Numbered from the stretch's first letter, positions 37,905 through 48,307 are shown. The stretch is DNA of 64,000 nt from Deltaproteobacteria bacterium (GCA_034439895.1 JAWXBF010000013.1:1888-65887); one strand, 5' to 3'. Made by a program: numbers and translations. Notes: generated by a model not told the origin, from the sequence alone.

Positions 37905-39440
37905 ATGTCACTGGTGCTGACGGCCGAACAGCTCCGGCGCACGGACACATGGGCCATCGAAACCCTCGGGTTGCCGGGCATGGTGTTGATGGAGAATGCC
38001 GGGCGCGGCGTGGTACGCATGATTCAACGCAAGCTCAAGTTTTCGGGCGAAAGCGTCCGAAAAACCAAGGTGGCTGTGGTTTGCGGTGCGGGCCAAAACG
38101 GTGGCGACGGATTTGTCATCGCAAGGCATCTGTCGCTCGCGGGCGCCGAGGTTCGGGTTCTGATGGCCTTGCCGGATGCCGTGAGCTCGGGCGATGCCCT
38201 GGCGAACCGCGAGGTACTGCGGCGCATGGGCACCGTCCCCATCGAGGCGTGTTCATCCGAAGATACGGAAACGATTTGGACTCATCGGCTGCATGGCGCC
38301 CGCGTCATTGTGGATGCCATTTTTGGAACCGGACTTTCGCGGCCCGTCACGGGCGTCCCGGCCATCGCGATCGCCGCCATGAACCAGCACAAAAGCGCAA
38401 TGCGAGTCGCCGTCGATATCCCCTCGGGTTGTGATGCCGATACCGGACGCGTACTCGGCATAGCGGTGCAAGCGCATCACACGGGGACCGTCGCCGCTCG
38501 GAAACTGGGCATGTCCATCCATCCCGACGCGCCCACGGGTGAAGTCGAGGTCATTGGGCTCGGCGTGCCACTGTACACTCCGGCAGACCGAGGCCCGTAC
38601 GCGCGGTGGCTCGAGTCCGACGCGATCCGTGCGTTGTTGCCTCGTCCACCATTGGGCGCTCACAAGGGAAGCCGTGGTCACGTGTTGTTGGTCGCGGGGT
38701 CACCGGGCAAAACCGGAGCCGCGGCGCTGTGCGCTCGCGCCGCGCAGCGGGGTGGGGCGGGGCTAGTCACAATCGCGGTGTCTGCCTCGATGCAAGCGGA
38801 CATGGATGCCAGGGTGCAAGAGGCCATGACCCTCGCCGTGGACGCGACCGATCCGAGCGCACTCGTCGGCAGGGCATCGGACTACGCTGCGATCGCGGTT
38901 GGGCCGGGCATGGCCACCGATCCTTCATGGAAGGCTGTTGTGTTACATTTGGCTCGTGAGGTTACCGGCCCTCTCGTGTTGGATGCCGATGCGCTGAACC
39001 ACCTTGGACCGGCGTTTGGCGCCGAGCTTGCGCATGCGGCTGGTCCACGAATCGTCACACCCCATCCCGGCGAAGCCGCCCGTTTGCTGGCCACGACAAC
39101 CGCGGCCGTCGCCGCGGATCGCGTTGGCGCTGTTCGTCGCCTTGCCCGCGAGGGTCAGTGCGTCGCGGTGCTGAAGGGTGCACGCACGTTGATCGCCACC
39201 TCCGATGGTAGTTTGTTCATCAATCCTGCCGCCGATCCAGCCCTTGCCACCGCAGGGAGTGGCGACGTGTTGACGGGCCTCATCACCGCGCTTTGCGCGC
39301 AGGGTCTGTCGGCAGTCGACGCGGCCTGCGTCGGCGTATTTGCCCATGCAGCGGCTGCGACCGATGCGCGGGCCACACTCGGCACCGGAAATCTCATCGC
39401 CGGCGACTTGCCCGAAGCGATCGCACGCTGGATCGGTTAG
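37905..39440 (+). CDS. nnr: Bifunctional NAD(P)H-hydrate epimerase/ADP-dependent dehydratase (YjeF N- and C-terminal domains)
   Basis: N-terminal VVCGAGQNGGDGFVIARHL. C-terminal carbohydrate-kinase-like GHVLLVAGSPGKTGAAALCARAA...GSGDVLTGLI. ATG 1 nt after the pdxJ stop. Confidence 0.88.
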   Translation: MSLVLTAEQLRRTDTWAIETLGLPGMVLMENAGRGVVRMIQRKLKFSGESVRKTKVAVVCGAGQNGGDGFVIARHLSLAGAEVRVLMALPDAVSSGDALANREVLRRMGTVPIEACSSEDTETIWTHRLHGARVIVDAIFGTGLSRPVTGVPAIAIAAMNQHKSAMRVAVDIPSGCDADTGRVLGIAVQAHHTGTVAARKLGMSIHPDAPTGEVEVIGLGVPLYTPADRGPYARWLESDAIRALLPRPPLGAHKGSRGHVLLVAGSPGKTGAAALCARAAQRGGAGLVTIAVSASMQADMDARVQEAMTLAVDATDPSALVGRASDYAAIAVGPGMATDPSWKAVVLHLAREVTGPLVLDADALNHLGPAFGAELAHAAGPRIVTPHPGEAARLLATTTAAVAADRVGAVRRLAREGQCVAVLKGARTLIATSDGSLFINPAADPALATAGSGDVLTGLITALCAQGLSAVDAACVGVFAHAAAATDARATLGTGNLIAGDLPEAIARWIG

Positions 39441-39523
39441 CGAGTGCATCGTCAAGTTTTCCAACGCAAAGGTGGGATGTTCAGTTTTTTGCGCCATCGC
39501 TGGTTTTCCCGTGAGATGGGGCG

Positions 39524-42082
39524 ATGGACTCATCCACCCTGGTCGGTCGGCGTGACAGCTGGCGAGGTCTCGACGCCGCACTTGAGCGCGCCATACGATT
39601 CGAGGCTCCGCAGTTTGCGACGGTGATAGGCCCAGCCGGCAGCGGGAAAACCTTGTTGCTCGATTCCTGGTTGCGCGATGTTGCGGCCCGTGGACATTAT
39701 CGCACCGTCCGGGTTGCCTGCGGTCGACATGCTCGCGGATCTTCGGCCCATGTTGATCGTCGCTCCCTGGTTGGCATCTGGCTGCGCGAACGCTTCGGAT
39801 TTGATGATTCCCTGGATCGCGAATCGGCGCTATCCATGTTTCGTGCGCAGTTGCAGGCAGTGTTTGCCGACCGAAGGGTAACCGAGATCGCAGCATTCCT
39901 CGCACCCTATGTCGGGCTTGATATTCCGAGGGGTCCGCTTGCCGTTGCGCTCACGGATCGACCTGGGCACGATACCGATGAGCTTGTTCGAGCCGTGCTG
40001 GCGCGATTTCTGGAAGAGGATGCGCGTGATACGCCCCAGGTTGTCGTGCTTGAAAATATCGACGCCGCCGATGAAAGCTCACTCGATCTCATCGAAAGTT
40101 TGGGACGCGAACTGGGACAGGCGCCTCTGCTTTTTGTCTGTTCTGCCCGTCCCGATTTGCGTGTGCGGCGACCTGCATGGGGACGACAGGGTGGCAGTTT
40201 CGTACGCATCGAACTTGAGCCTCTGGGTCGCAACGACATGGCTGAGATCGCCCGAAGTCTTGCAGAGCCTTCCGTGCTGGGCACTGCTGAAATAGAGCCG
40301 CTACTCGGACGCGCCAAGGGCAACCCTGGACAGCTTGTACAATTGATTCGCAACGGTCTACAGACGGATCTGTCGCAGCCGGGATTGCATCGCCACACCG
40401 TACCGACTGCGAATGAAAACGCTGCCCTGCGCATTGCCGAGTTGACGCCTGCCGAACGCGAGCTGTTGGGAAGAGGCTCGTCTTTCGGATCGTTGTTTTG
40501 GACAGGTGGTCTTGTGGCACTTGGCCGCATCGGAACGCGCCCGATTGATCCGACGACGGTGTTCGCACCGGATCCCTCCATCGATGATGTTCGCCATGTG
40601 CTGGGCGATCTGGAAACGCGCGGATTTGTCATGCAGTTGCCGGAATCGTCGCTATCCGGCGAAACCGAGTGGACCTTCTGCCATTCTGCGGAACGCGCGT
40701 TACTGGGAGGCCTTGTTGATCCCGAAGTCATGCGTCGCCGCCGCCTGTTTGCAGCCCAGTGGCTCGAAGGCCGCGTTGGCGCTGAAGATCTTCACGAACG
40801 GTTCGAATTACTGGCCACCTTGTTTGAGGGTGGTGGAGACCACCGACGCGCCGGGGAGTGCTACGTTATGGGCGGCACGCGCGCCCACGATGAAGGTCGC
40901 CTCGAAGAGGCAAGAACGCTGTATTTGCGCGGTGTTAGGCTGCTAGATCTCGACGATTCCGTTTACAAAATGGACGCCTTGCACAAGCTTGGCGACTTGA
41001 CCGCGCGGATGGGCCGTGCGCGCGAATCGCTCGCCCACTTTTCCGAGATGCTTCAAATCGCCTGGCGTTTGGATCTGCCCGCCAAAGGTGGTGCGGCCCA
41101 TTGCCGAATCGGCCGGTTGCATCGCGGCCTGGGTAGCTACAACGTGGCGTTGCGCCATCTCGAGCTCGGTCGTGTGCTGTTTATTCTGGCAGATGACGAA
41201 GCCGGTGTTGCCGGATGTCTGGATGATTTGGGCCGCGTCGCGATGTTGTTGGGAGACATCGACGAGGCCATGCGACGCCATCGATCCGCGCTCGCCATTC
41301 GTGAGACGCTTGGCGATGATCGCGGTCGCGCGTTGACCGTGTCGTGGCTGGGCCTGTGTGAGATGCAACGGGGCGAGCTGTTGGCCGCCGAACGTTGTTT
41401 CAAAGCCGCACTCGAATTGTCTCGGCGGGCCGACAATCCTCAGGGGATCGCATTTGCGCTGATGGATCTGGCTGGCGTTGAACGTGAAATGAGCCGACCC
41501 GATCGTGCCCATCTCTTGCTTCAAGAAGCCAAGACGCTGGTCCATGTGCTGGGCGAACCCCTGACCGAGGCCCACCTCGGCATTCAGATTGGAGAGTGTC
41601 TCCTTTTGATGGGACAACCGAGGGCAGCTGAACCCGAACTGCTGGTGGCACGGGATCTGGCGACACGATTTGGAACCAAGCGCCTGATGTCACAGGCGCA
41701 GCGGGCCCTGGCCGAGGCGCATCTGCTTCGGGGCGACGCCGTCGGCGCGCGGGATCTGGCAGAAAAAGCACTCGAGATCGCCGAACAAATCGAAGTGCCT
41801 TCATTGACGGGCGCAGCCTTGCGGGTGATGGCCAGCGCAGAATCAGCGGGGGCTCCCGGTGATGGCGACCGGGGCGGGCCGCGAGAACTCTTTGATCGGG
41901 CCGTCGAAGTTCTCGGGGATCGGGGCTCCGAACTGGAGCTGGGTCGAGTGCTTTCGGCCTATGCAGAATTCGAGCAGAAGACCGGACGCGATCGCGCCGC
42001 CGATGAACTGCGAATCGCTGCGGCTGGCATCCGGGCCCGCGGTTGGAACGACGATAGCGTCGGACTGTTCGACCGCGTGTAG
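39524..42082 (+). CDS. STAND-type NTPase (AAA16-like P-loop) with C-terminal TPR array; no HTH detected
   Basis: Walker A VIGPAGSGKTLLL. Walker B VVVLENIDAADESS. Long helical TPR region (DALHKLGDL..., HCRIGRLHRGLGSYNVA..., GCLDDLGRVAML..., TVSWLGLCEMQRG..., FALMDLAGVER...). Confidence 0.6.
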   Translation: MDSSTLVGRRDSWRGLDAALERAIRFEAPQFATVIGPAGSGKTLLLDSWLRDVAARGHYRTVRVACGRHARGSSAHVDRRSLVGIWLRERFGFDDSLDRESALSMFRAQLQAVFADRRVTEIAAFLAPYVGLDIPRGPLAVALTDRPGHDTDELVRAVLARFLEEDARDTPQVVVLENIDAADESSLDLIESLGRELGQAPLLFVCSARPDLRVRRPAWGRQGGSFVRIELEPLGRNDMAEIARSLAEPSVLGTAEIEPLLGRAKGNPGQLVQLIRNGLQTDLSQPGLHRHTVPTANENAALRIAELTPAERELLGRGSSFGSLFWTGGLVALGRIGTRPIDPTTVFAPDPSIDDVRHVLGDLETRGFVMQLPESSLSGETEWTFCHSAERALLGGLVDPEVMRRRRLFAAQWLEGRVGAEDLHERFELLATLFEGGGDHRRAGECYVMGGTRAHDEGRLEEARTLYLRGVRLLDLDDSVYKMDALHKLGDLTARMGRARESLAHFSEMLQIAWRLDLPAKGGAAHCRIGRLHRGLGSYNVALRHLELGRVLFILADDEAGVAGCLDDLGRVAMLLGDIDEAMRRHRSALAIRETLGDDRGRALTVSWLGLCEMQRGELLAAERCFKAALELSRRADNPQGIAFALMDLAGVEREMSRPDRAHLLLQEAKTLVHVLGEPLTEAHLGIQIGECLLLMGQPRAAEPELLVARDLATRFGTKRLMSQAQRALAEAHLLRGDAVGARDLAEKALEIAEQIEVPSLTGAALRVMASAESAGAPGDGDRGGPRELFDRAVEVLGDRGSELELGRVLSAYAEFEQKTGRDRAADELRIAAAGIRARGWNDDSVGLFDRV

Positions 42083-42091
42083 AGTGGATTC

Positions 42092-43117
42092 GTGATTTCG
42101 CTCGCGGCACTTCTGTTCATCCAGGCCAACCTGGTGACGGTCCAGGCCTCGCCCGAGGAGTCCTGTCCTTCGGGGCCGCAGGTTGCCGATGCCCTTGCGT
42201 TGCGGGTTCCGGGTTTGTTGGTTGATGCGTTGCCACCTCAAGCTCAGCCTGCCAACCCCACGGCTGAGCTCGCCGAGGGACTCGTGTTGCGATTGGCGAC
42301 TGGGGACGCGACGCTGACCGTTGAACTCGTGGATCGCGCAGGACAGGTGCGACTCGTGCGCCGGTTGCCGCAATCTCAAAACGTCACACCTGCAAGTTGC
42401 GCCACGCTCGCCGATACCGTTGCCCTCGTGGCGTTGCGCTTTTTGACCGACCTCGGTGTGGTGGTGGGTGATCTGCCCGCGCAGCCCGCGTCGCCCACAA
42501 CACACCCGAAGCCGCTTGCCAATGAACCTAAAGTTCAACTTGAAGAAACATTGAAAAGCGCGGGGGAACCCCGGCCAAAAACAGCGCCCTCCCGTCCATC
42601 GCTCCGTCGCATCGAACTTGATCTCGCGTTCGGAGCACAGACCGGTCGGCCCGCCCTCGAGGTGGCACTATCGGCGCGTCACCTTTTCACCGGAATCGCC
42701 CCGTGGCTGGCAGAGATGCGGCTGACCGCAAATAATCCCGAGTCCCTAGAGTGGCAGAACGCCGACCAGTCCGAGGGCTCGGCCACGCTGTCGAGCTACG
42801 GACTGGAAGCAGCACTTGGAAAGCGTTGGGTTGGCGCCGACGCACGTCAAGCATGGGATCTCGCCGGATGGGGGGCAGTGCGGTGGCTTCGGGTTCGCGA
42901 AGGAGGCGAGGCCGAGCGGCTTCAGAATGCTGCTGCAGGCGCGGCGGGAGGTCAGGTTGCCTGGTCAGTTGCCGTTGCAGAACGGCTATTCGTGCGCGTG
43001 ACGGCCCGGGTTGGGATGAACCTGTCGCGACACGTACTGGAAGGGCCAGACGGCGCCATCTATGACACAGCGCGCCTTCGTGGTACGATCAATGTTGGCC
43101 TCGGTGCGCGATTTTGA
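42092..43117 (+). CDS. Hypothetical secreted protein (possible beta-barrel, C-terminal Phe)
   Basis: N-terminal signal peptide ISLAALLFIQANLVTVQA. No recognisable domain. Ends ...GTINVGLGARF*. GTG start 10 nt after the STAND gene stop. Confidence 0.35.
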   Translation: MISLAALLFIQANLVTVQASPEESCPSGPQVADALALRVPGLLVDALPPQAQPANPTAELAEGLVLRLATGDATLTVELVDRAGQVRLVRRLPQSQNVTPASCATLADTVALVALRFLTDLGVVVGDLPAQPASPTTHPKPLANEPKVQLEETLKSAGEPRPKTAPSRPSLRRIELDLAFGAQTGRPALEVALSARHLFTGIAPWLAEMRLTANNPESLEWQNADQSEGSATLSSYGLEAALGKRWVGADARQAWDLAGWGAVRWLRVREGGEAERLQNAAAGAAGGQVAWSVAVAERLFVRVTARVGMNLSRHVLEGPDGAIYDTARLRGTINVGLGARF

Positions 43118-43171
43118 TGAAAACCCGAACGCCCTGTCTCATACACTTTCAGTAACCCCGGTAGAACCGCC

Positions 43172-43819
43172 TTGCCAGTCGACCTTCACAGTATTCCGAC
43201 CGAATCCGTCCGCGGCGACGGAGGCGATCCCGTCGGCGATGAAAACGACTCGGCTTTGGTCTCCCGCTGTTGCCGAGGTGACCACAGCGCCTGGCGGGCG
43301 CTTTACGATCGCCATTTCCGGTCGGTTTACCGCTTCGTCAGTTCACTCGGTGTTCCCATCTCCGAACGCGAAGACGCAACCCAGGACGTGTTCATTGCGA
43401 TCTACCGCAGCTTGCCGAGATTTCGGGGCGATTCGCGTTTTTCAACGTGGGTGTATCGCATCACAGCCCGCCATGTTTCGCGCCTCGCACGACGGCGGCG
43501 GGCGAGGGAAATGCTGGGCGTATTGTTGCTCCGGGAGCCAACCCGAAATAGTCCGCAGGATCTGGCCGAGCAACACAGCGACGCGGATTTTGTGGATCGC
43601 CTGCTTTCACGACTCAACCCGAAGAAGCGGACCGCACTGGTGTTATTTGAGGTCGAAGGGCTTTCTGTCGAGGAGATCGCTCAGGTCGTCGATTGCCCCG
43701 TGAACACCGTCTGGTCGCGTATTCACCACGCCCGTTCCGAGCTCGCGAAGCTTGCCAGGCTGGCGGTGCGCGATGATTTGCGACCCGCCGCTTCGGTCCG
43801 CGCCGAGGGCGAACCATGA
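43172..43819 (+). CDS. ECF-family RNA polymerase sigma factor
   Basis: Region 2 DATQDVFIAIYRSLPRFRGDSRFSTWVYRITARH. Region 4 GLSVEEIAQVVDCPVNTVWSRIHHARSEL. Confidence 0.85.
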   Translation: MPVDLHSIPTESVRGDGGDPVGDENDSALVSRCCRGDHSAWRALYDRHFRSVYRFVSSLGVPISEREDATQDVFIAIYRSLPRFRGDSRFSTWVYRITARHVSRLARRRRAREMLGVLLLREPTRNSPQDLAEQHSDADFVDRLLSRLNPKKRTALVLFEVEGLSVEEIAQVVDCPVNTVWSRIHHARSELAKLARLAVRDDLRPAASVRAEGEP

Positions 43820-44931
43820 GCGACCTTCGTCCCGACTCGCAATGGCAGGACGCCTTGCAGAACGATGCCGATCCGGCTTTGCAACGCGTTGGCGAAGGCC
43901 TTCTTGCATCCCAATCGCGAGGCACGGATGAGCTCCTGCGGCGTCGGGTTTGGAGCCGGGTTGCAAGTCCACCTCCCGAACGCGGTCGCCGAATAGGCAT
44001 CCTGGCTCTATTGCTTTCAACGACGGCGGTTGCGGCCGGTCTGTTTTGGTTCGTCGGACCGCCCGTGATTGATCCTGCCCCTATCGTATCCCGCTCGGCA
44101 CCGATCAAAGCGAATATCGAGAAGTCCGAGGAACCGCTCGTCATTGCCGAGTCGCTCCGAACCGGACCGGGCGAACGGCTCGGCATTCACCTTGCCAATG
44201 GCGCCCGCGTCGATCTTGCTCCCGAGACCCATTTTCACGTCAGAGTCGAAGGCGCACCTGAATTGCAAGCAGGTCGCATCGGACTGCAAGTTCCGCCGCA
44301 AAGGCCGGAGGCTCCCTTCGTCGTGATGGCGGGTCCTTATCGCGTTCGGGTCGTGGGAACACGCTTCTCAATCGAGATGAACGCAGAACAGGTCGCCGTC
44401 GGTGTGATCGAAGGTGTGGTCGAGGTGGAACGTGAGGGCCGTGTGGTGCGTTTGCGTGCAGGCCAATCCTGGTCGGGCTCGATCACCAAACTGCATCGGG
44501 AACCCGAACGTCGTCGCCCAAACGTTGCCATCAAATCAACCTCGGTTGAGCTCGGTGAGCAGGCGCGGCAAGCTCTGGCGGCGGGCAACGTGGAAGAGGC
44601 GCTGCGCTTGCTATCCCAGTTGTCGCGCAAGGATGATCCCGCCGGTGAAAATGCGGTTTACGAAAGCGCACGCCTGGTTCGGGATCGGCTCAAGCAACCC
44701 CGTGAGGCCTTGCGGATCTGGCGCAGCTATCGCATCCGTTTCCCCAACGGCATGTTGCGCGCCGAGGTGGATCTCAACATCGTGGAAACGTTGGCCCAGC
44801 TTGGCAGTCGCGATCGAGCGCTTGTCGAAGCCGAGGACTTCTTGCATCGCCATCCCCAAAGCGAACGTCGGATGGAGGTAGAAGGGCTGGTCAAGGCCTT
44901 GCGAGGCGGCAGTGCGATCGAATCGCGTTAG
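43816..44931 (+). CDS. FecR-domain anti-sigma factor / sensor with C-terminal TPR-like helices
   Basis: ATGA overlap with the sigma gene. One TM helix IGILALLLSTTAVAAGLFWFV. FecR-like beta segment (LANGARVDLAPETHFHV...GPYRVRVVGTRFSIE...GVIEGVVEVE). Confidence 0.7.
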   Translation: MSDLRPDSQWQDALQNDADPALQRVGEGLLASQSRGTDELLRRRVWSRVASPPPERGRRIGILALLLSTTAVAAGLFWFVGPPVIDPAPIVSRSAPIKANIEKSEEPLVIAESLRTGPGERLGIHLANGARVDLAPETHFHVRVEGAPELQAGRIGLQVPPQRPEAPFVVMAGPYRVRVVGTRFSIEMNAEQVAVGVIEGVVEVEREGRVVRLRAGQSWSGSITKLHREPERRRPNVAIKSTSVELGEQARQALAAGNVEEALRLLSQLSRKDDPAGENAVYESARLVRDRLKQPREALRIWRSYRIRFPNGMLRAEVDLNIVETLAQLGSRDRALVEAEDFLHRHPQSERRMEVEGLVKALRGGSAIESR

Positions 44932-46000
44932 GCGAATCGCATCACGCACAGGGTGGGGCCTGTTTGCCCTCGCGTTGATTGGATGTACGGAAACCCTGCG
45001 GGTCGGAGATCGCAACGGGGCCTCGCAAGGCGGCTCGGGTGGCCAGACTGAGGAGCCCGACGCGTCGGCTCACGATGGCGGACACAGCGGCGGCGGGCCC
45101 AAGAATCGCTGCGAATACCGGGAGCGCCTGTCGTTCCAGCGTGGGCAGGCCATGTTGCTTGTATTGCTGCAACGCTCGACCTCCATGTTGTCGCCGTTTG
45201 ATGGCGAGACACGCCTTGGGGCAGCCCATCGCGCCTTGCTCGCGGCGACGGTGGGTGTTCACGCCGCAATTGGCCTCGTCGATTTCCCGGCTATCAACAC
45301 CGATTGCGGTGCGCGTCTCCTGGTGCCGCCGGTTGATCTCGCGCGAGAAGGCACGCTACAGAGGGCGTTTCGATGCGATCTTCCATTTCAGTACAACCGT
45401 TGTTTCGAAACGTCCGACATGGTTCCGACGGCGGAAGCGCTGGACGAGGTGGAGCGCTTTTTTCGATCGTTTATCGACGGTTCGATCGAACGACGGGTAT
45501 TGCTCATCACCGACGGCGATCCGACCTGCGATCGGGAATCGAATGATCCCTGTGCCCGGGCCATTGCCAAGACCTCTGCCTTGATGGCTTTGCACCATGC
45601 GAAAACGCAGCTCATCGGGATCGGTGGCGCGGCAGAAAGGACAACCTGCCTAGGCCAGATCGCGCTCGCTGGCGGAACCGCAACACCGGATGGCGTCGGG
45701 TTTCCTGTTGCGCACAACTTCAGTGAACTTCAGTCTACGGTGAAGCGGCAGATCGAGGAACTCGACGAGAAGACCTGCACCTTGAAGGTCAATGCCGGGT
45801 TCACCGATCCGGCAACCCTCGACGTGACCATCCAGGGTCGGAGTGTCCGATATGATCCGACTGGACGGGTGGGCTGGAACGTCGAAAACGATGGGCTACT
45901 TCGCTTTGTGGGCGAGGATTGTCGTCACCTGCGTGACGCTCGAACGCAAGACGTTTCTGTGTACCGCTGCTGTTCGGCAGAAGACGCCTGTTCGAGATAA
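44912..46000 (+). CDS. Lipoprotein with von Willebrand factor A-like domain
   Basis: Lipobox LALIGC. MIDAS-like segment VLLITDGDPTC. Overlaps the anti-sigma gene 3' end by 20 nt. Confidence 0.5.
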   Translation: MRSNRVRRIASRTGWGLFALALIGCTETLRVGDRNGASQGGSGGQTEEPDASAHDGGHSGGGPKNRCEYRERLSFQRGQAMLLVLLQRSTSMLSPFDGETRLGAAHRALLAATVGVHAAIGLVDFPAINTDCGARLLVPPVDLAREGTLQRAFRCDLPFQYNRCFETSDMVPTAEALDEVERFFRSFIDGSIERRVLLITDGDPTCDRESNDPCARAIAKTSALMALHHAKTQLIGIGGAAERTTCLGQIALAGGTATPDGVGFPVAHNFSELQSTVKRQIEELDEKTCTLKVNAGFTDPATLDVTIQGRSVRYDPTGRVGWNVENDGLLRFVGEDCRHLRDARTQDVSVYRCCSAEDACSR

Positions 46001-46087
46001 ATTTTGATGATCCGACTACAAGGTGGCCCCATACGAGGTGGCCGCCCTGAATCGGGGCGACTGCAACCTCTATGGAGTGTAACGATC

Positions 46088-46855
46088 ATGATCACGCGTA
46101 ACGTTTTCGGCCTCGCCTTGTCGGCCGTATTTTTGATCTCTGTCGCCAGCAACTGTGACGATGGCGGCAACACCCTTTCGTCGGACGGGGGCAATTCAGG
46201 CTCGGATGCCGAAGCCGGCGGAAACACTGGCACCGGCACTGGCACGGGTGGAAACAACAACGGAGGAAACGGCGGTGTGGCTGCCGGCGGTTCCAGTTCG
46301 ACAGGTGGTGCGGTTGCGACAGGCGGTGCGGCAGCCGGTGGCTTCGGCGGACAGGGAACCGGTGGAAATGCCACGGGCGGTGCTCGAACTGGCGGTGCAC
46401 CTGGTACGGGTGGTGCTCCCATTGTCGATCTCACCTGCAATCCCGGCGCAAGCTGTCAGGCCAATGCAACCTGCAATGGCGCTTGCCAGGTACAACAAGG
46501 TGGCATCGGCAGTCGCGCATGTTCATGCGTCAACGGCAATCTCACCTGTGGCATGTGCATGCCCGTGAACGTCGGAAATCCGATGGCATGCCCGGCCAAT
46601 CCTCAGGGTGCGGCCTGTGGTGGATTGAACAATTGCCAAATCGGACAGAACCCGCGAAACAACTGCCTGTGCATAAGCAACAAACTCGTTTGTCCGGATG
46701 AAGCGCCTCCGGCCAACACACCGGACTGTGTCAGCAACGTGGAGTTCTCGGTTTGCCCAACCGAAGGCGCTTACTGCGCGCGCAGCGACGAGGAGTTCTG
46801 CTACTGCACGTCGGTTGGTGGAAACCAGCGCTGGCTCTGCAGGTTTCGCCAGTAA
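46088..46855 (+). CDS. Secreted Gly-rich / Cys-rich protein
   Basis: Signal peptide. ~90-aa (GGxT/GGNxG)n linker. ~150-aa domain with >20 Cys (CNPGASCQANATCNGACQ...CSCVNGNLTCGMCMP...). Confidence 0.45.
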   Translation: MITRNVFGLALSAVFLISVASNCDDGGNTLSSDGGNSGSDAEAGGNTGTGTGTGGNNNGGNGGVAAGGSSSTGGAVATGGAAAGGFGGQGTGGNATGGARTGGAPGTGGAPIVDLTCNPGASCQANATCNGACQVQQGGIGSRACSCVNGNLTCGMCMPVNVGNPMACPANPQGAACGGLNNCQIGQNPRNNCLCISNKLVCPDEAPPANTPDCVSNVEFSVCPTEGAYCARSDEEFCYCTSVGGNQRWLCRFRQ

Positions 46856-46902
46856 CGATCGGCAACCCGGTGCTCCGGGTAAATTCCCCTATCCGGAGCC
46901 CG

Positions 46903-48270
46903 TTATTTTTTCTTCAGCTCATCAAGCTTGACGAGAACCCGATCAAGCGTGTACTTCGGGACCAGGAAGACTTCCTCGCGACCCGAAGTTTGCACGTTGT
47001 AGCTTTGATCGTCCGCCGTGGTCTTGCCAACCTTCAGCGTGCAGCCACCTTTGAGCTTGCTCTTCGCGACGATGGTCGCCGACGGCTTGTCGAGTCCCGT
47101 CGCCGCCGGTGCAAACGATTCAGCCATCGCCGTGGCCTTGAGCTCCGCAAACGCTGCCAGGACGGCCGCGTGTTTGCTGGTGTCGAGCTCTGCCGCTGGC
47201 TTCGCGAACTTCCAGTCCGTGCTGCTTGCGCCCGTTCGGACAAGCTGGAACGGCTCGCTCTTTCGTGACACGTCCACCTGTGTCAGCTCGGATTCCGGCA
47301 GGTTACACAGGACTTTTTCGCGGAACTCAATGGGACGCTTGTTCACATGATCAAGGCTGTACTTCTTGGCAAGAAACACCTGCGGGTTGCCTTCTTTTTG
47401 CACGTAGAAGTCTTCTTCGCCCTTTTTGTTGCCGATCCACAGCGATTGCACGCCACCGCCAACCGTAACACTGACTTTGAGAGCAGGGGCGTCGAGTCCT
47501 GTTTCACCGACAGCCGCGCCATCCGCAAAGTCGGTTGCACGAAAGCTGTAGAGCGCATTGATAAGGCCGCTTGCGATCGTCTTGTCGAGCGGATCGATTT
47601 TGATGGATGACTCCTTGAGCGTCCATTCCGCCGGGGGGGCAGAGGGGGCACCCGCCGCCACGGCAGGCGCTGCGGCGCGTTCCATCACAATCTTCGAGCC
47701 ATCCTTGGCCACAACCTCAAGTCGCGTCGCCTTGTCTTCTTCAAACTTCAAGACGGTCTTGTCGCGCCAGGCTGCGGCGTCCTTGTCGAACTTCCACTTG
47801 AGCGAGCCGACGGCTTGCCAAACTGCATCTTTGCCTTCGACGCGCACGAGGGTCTGGTTGCCGTTGACCTTTCCGATGCGCAGGGTGGCCACTAACGTCG
47901 AGCCCTTCTTGATGTCAAGTTTGAGAGAAGCGTCATCCACCTCCATCTCGGCGTGCTTGGACTTTTGATCCGTAACCACCGATCCAAACTTCAACCCGGC
48001 AATCGCATCAAAGGCTTCCTTCGCAGCATCAGCTTCAGCGGCATAGGCTACCGGCTCGGTGACGGCGTAGCTGTCGCCTTTCCGTACGACGGTTGTGCTC
48101 TTGCCATCCCTGGTGATGGTCAGCGTGTCGAAGGCGTCCTTGTCGAGCTTGGCGATGGGGCGTTCCGACTCACCGGTACGCACCCCTTTATCAGGGGACT
48201 TCAACACCATCATGGTCAGCCCCAAAAGTCCGGCAAATAGCGCGCCGGCGAGCAGCGTCTTCTTGTTCAT
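46903..48270 (-). CDS. DUF4340-family protein (GldG-associated periplasmic component)
   Basis: Signal/TM MNKKTLLAGALFAGLLGLTMMV. Lys-rich beta-rich protein. Invariably found next to GldG-type ABC auxiliary genes; here it is the last gene of the operon. Confidence 0.55.
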   Translation of the reverse strand: MNKKTLLAGALFAGLLGLTMMVLKSPDKGVRTGESERPIAKLDKDAFDTLTITRDGKSTTVVRKGDSYAVTEPVAYAAEADAAKEAFDAIAGLKFGSVVTDQKSKHAEMEVDDASLKLDIKKGSTLVATLRIGKVNGNQTLVRVEGKDAVWQAVGSLKWKFDKDAAAWRDKTVLKFEEDKATRLEVVAKDGSKIVMERAAAPAVAAGAPSAPPAEWTLKESSIKIDPLDKTIASGLINALYSFRATDFADGAAVGETGLDAPALKVSVTVGGGVQSLWIGNKKGEEDFYVQKEGNPQVFLAKKYSLDHVNKRPIEFREKVLCNLPESELTQVDVSRKSEPFQLVRTGASSTDWKFAKPAAELDTSKHAAVLAAFAELKATAMAESFAPAATGLDKPSATIVAKSKLKGGCTLKVGKTTADDQSYNVQTSGREEVFLVPKYTLDRVLVKLDELKKK

Positions 48271-48307
48271 GGCTTCTCCCTGAATCCGTAGTACGAACCG
48301 GTTGAGA

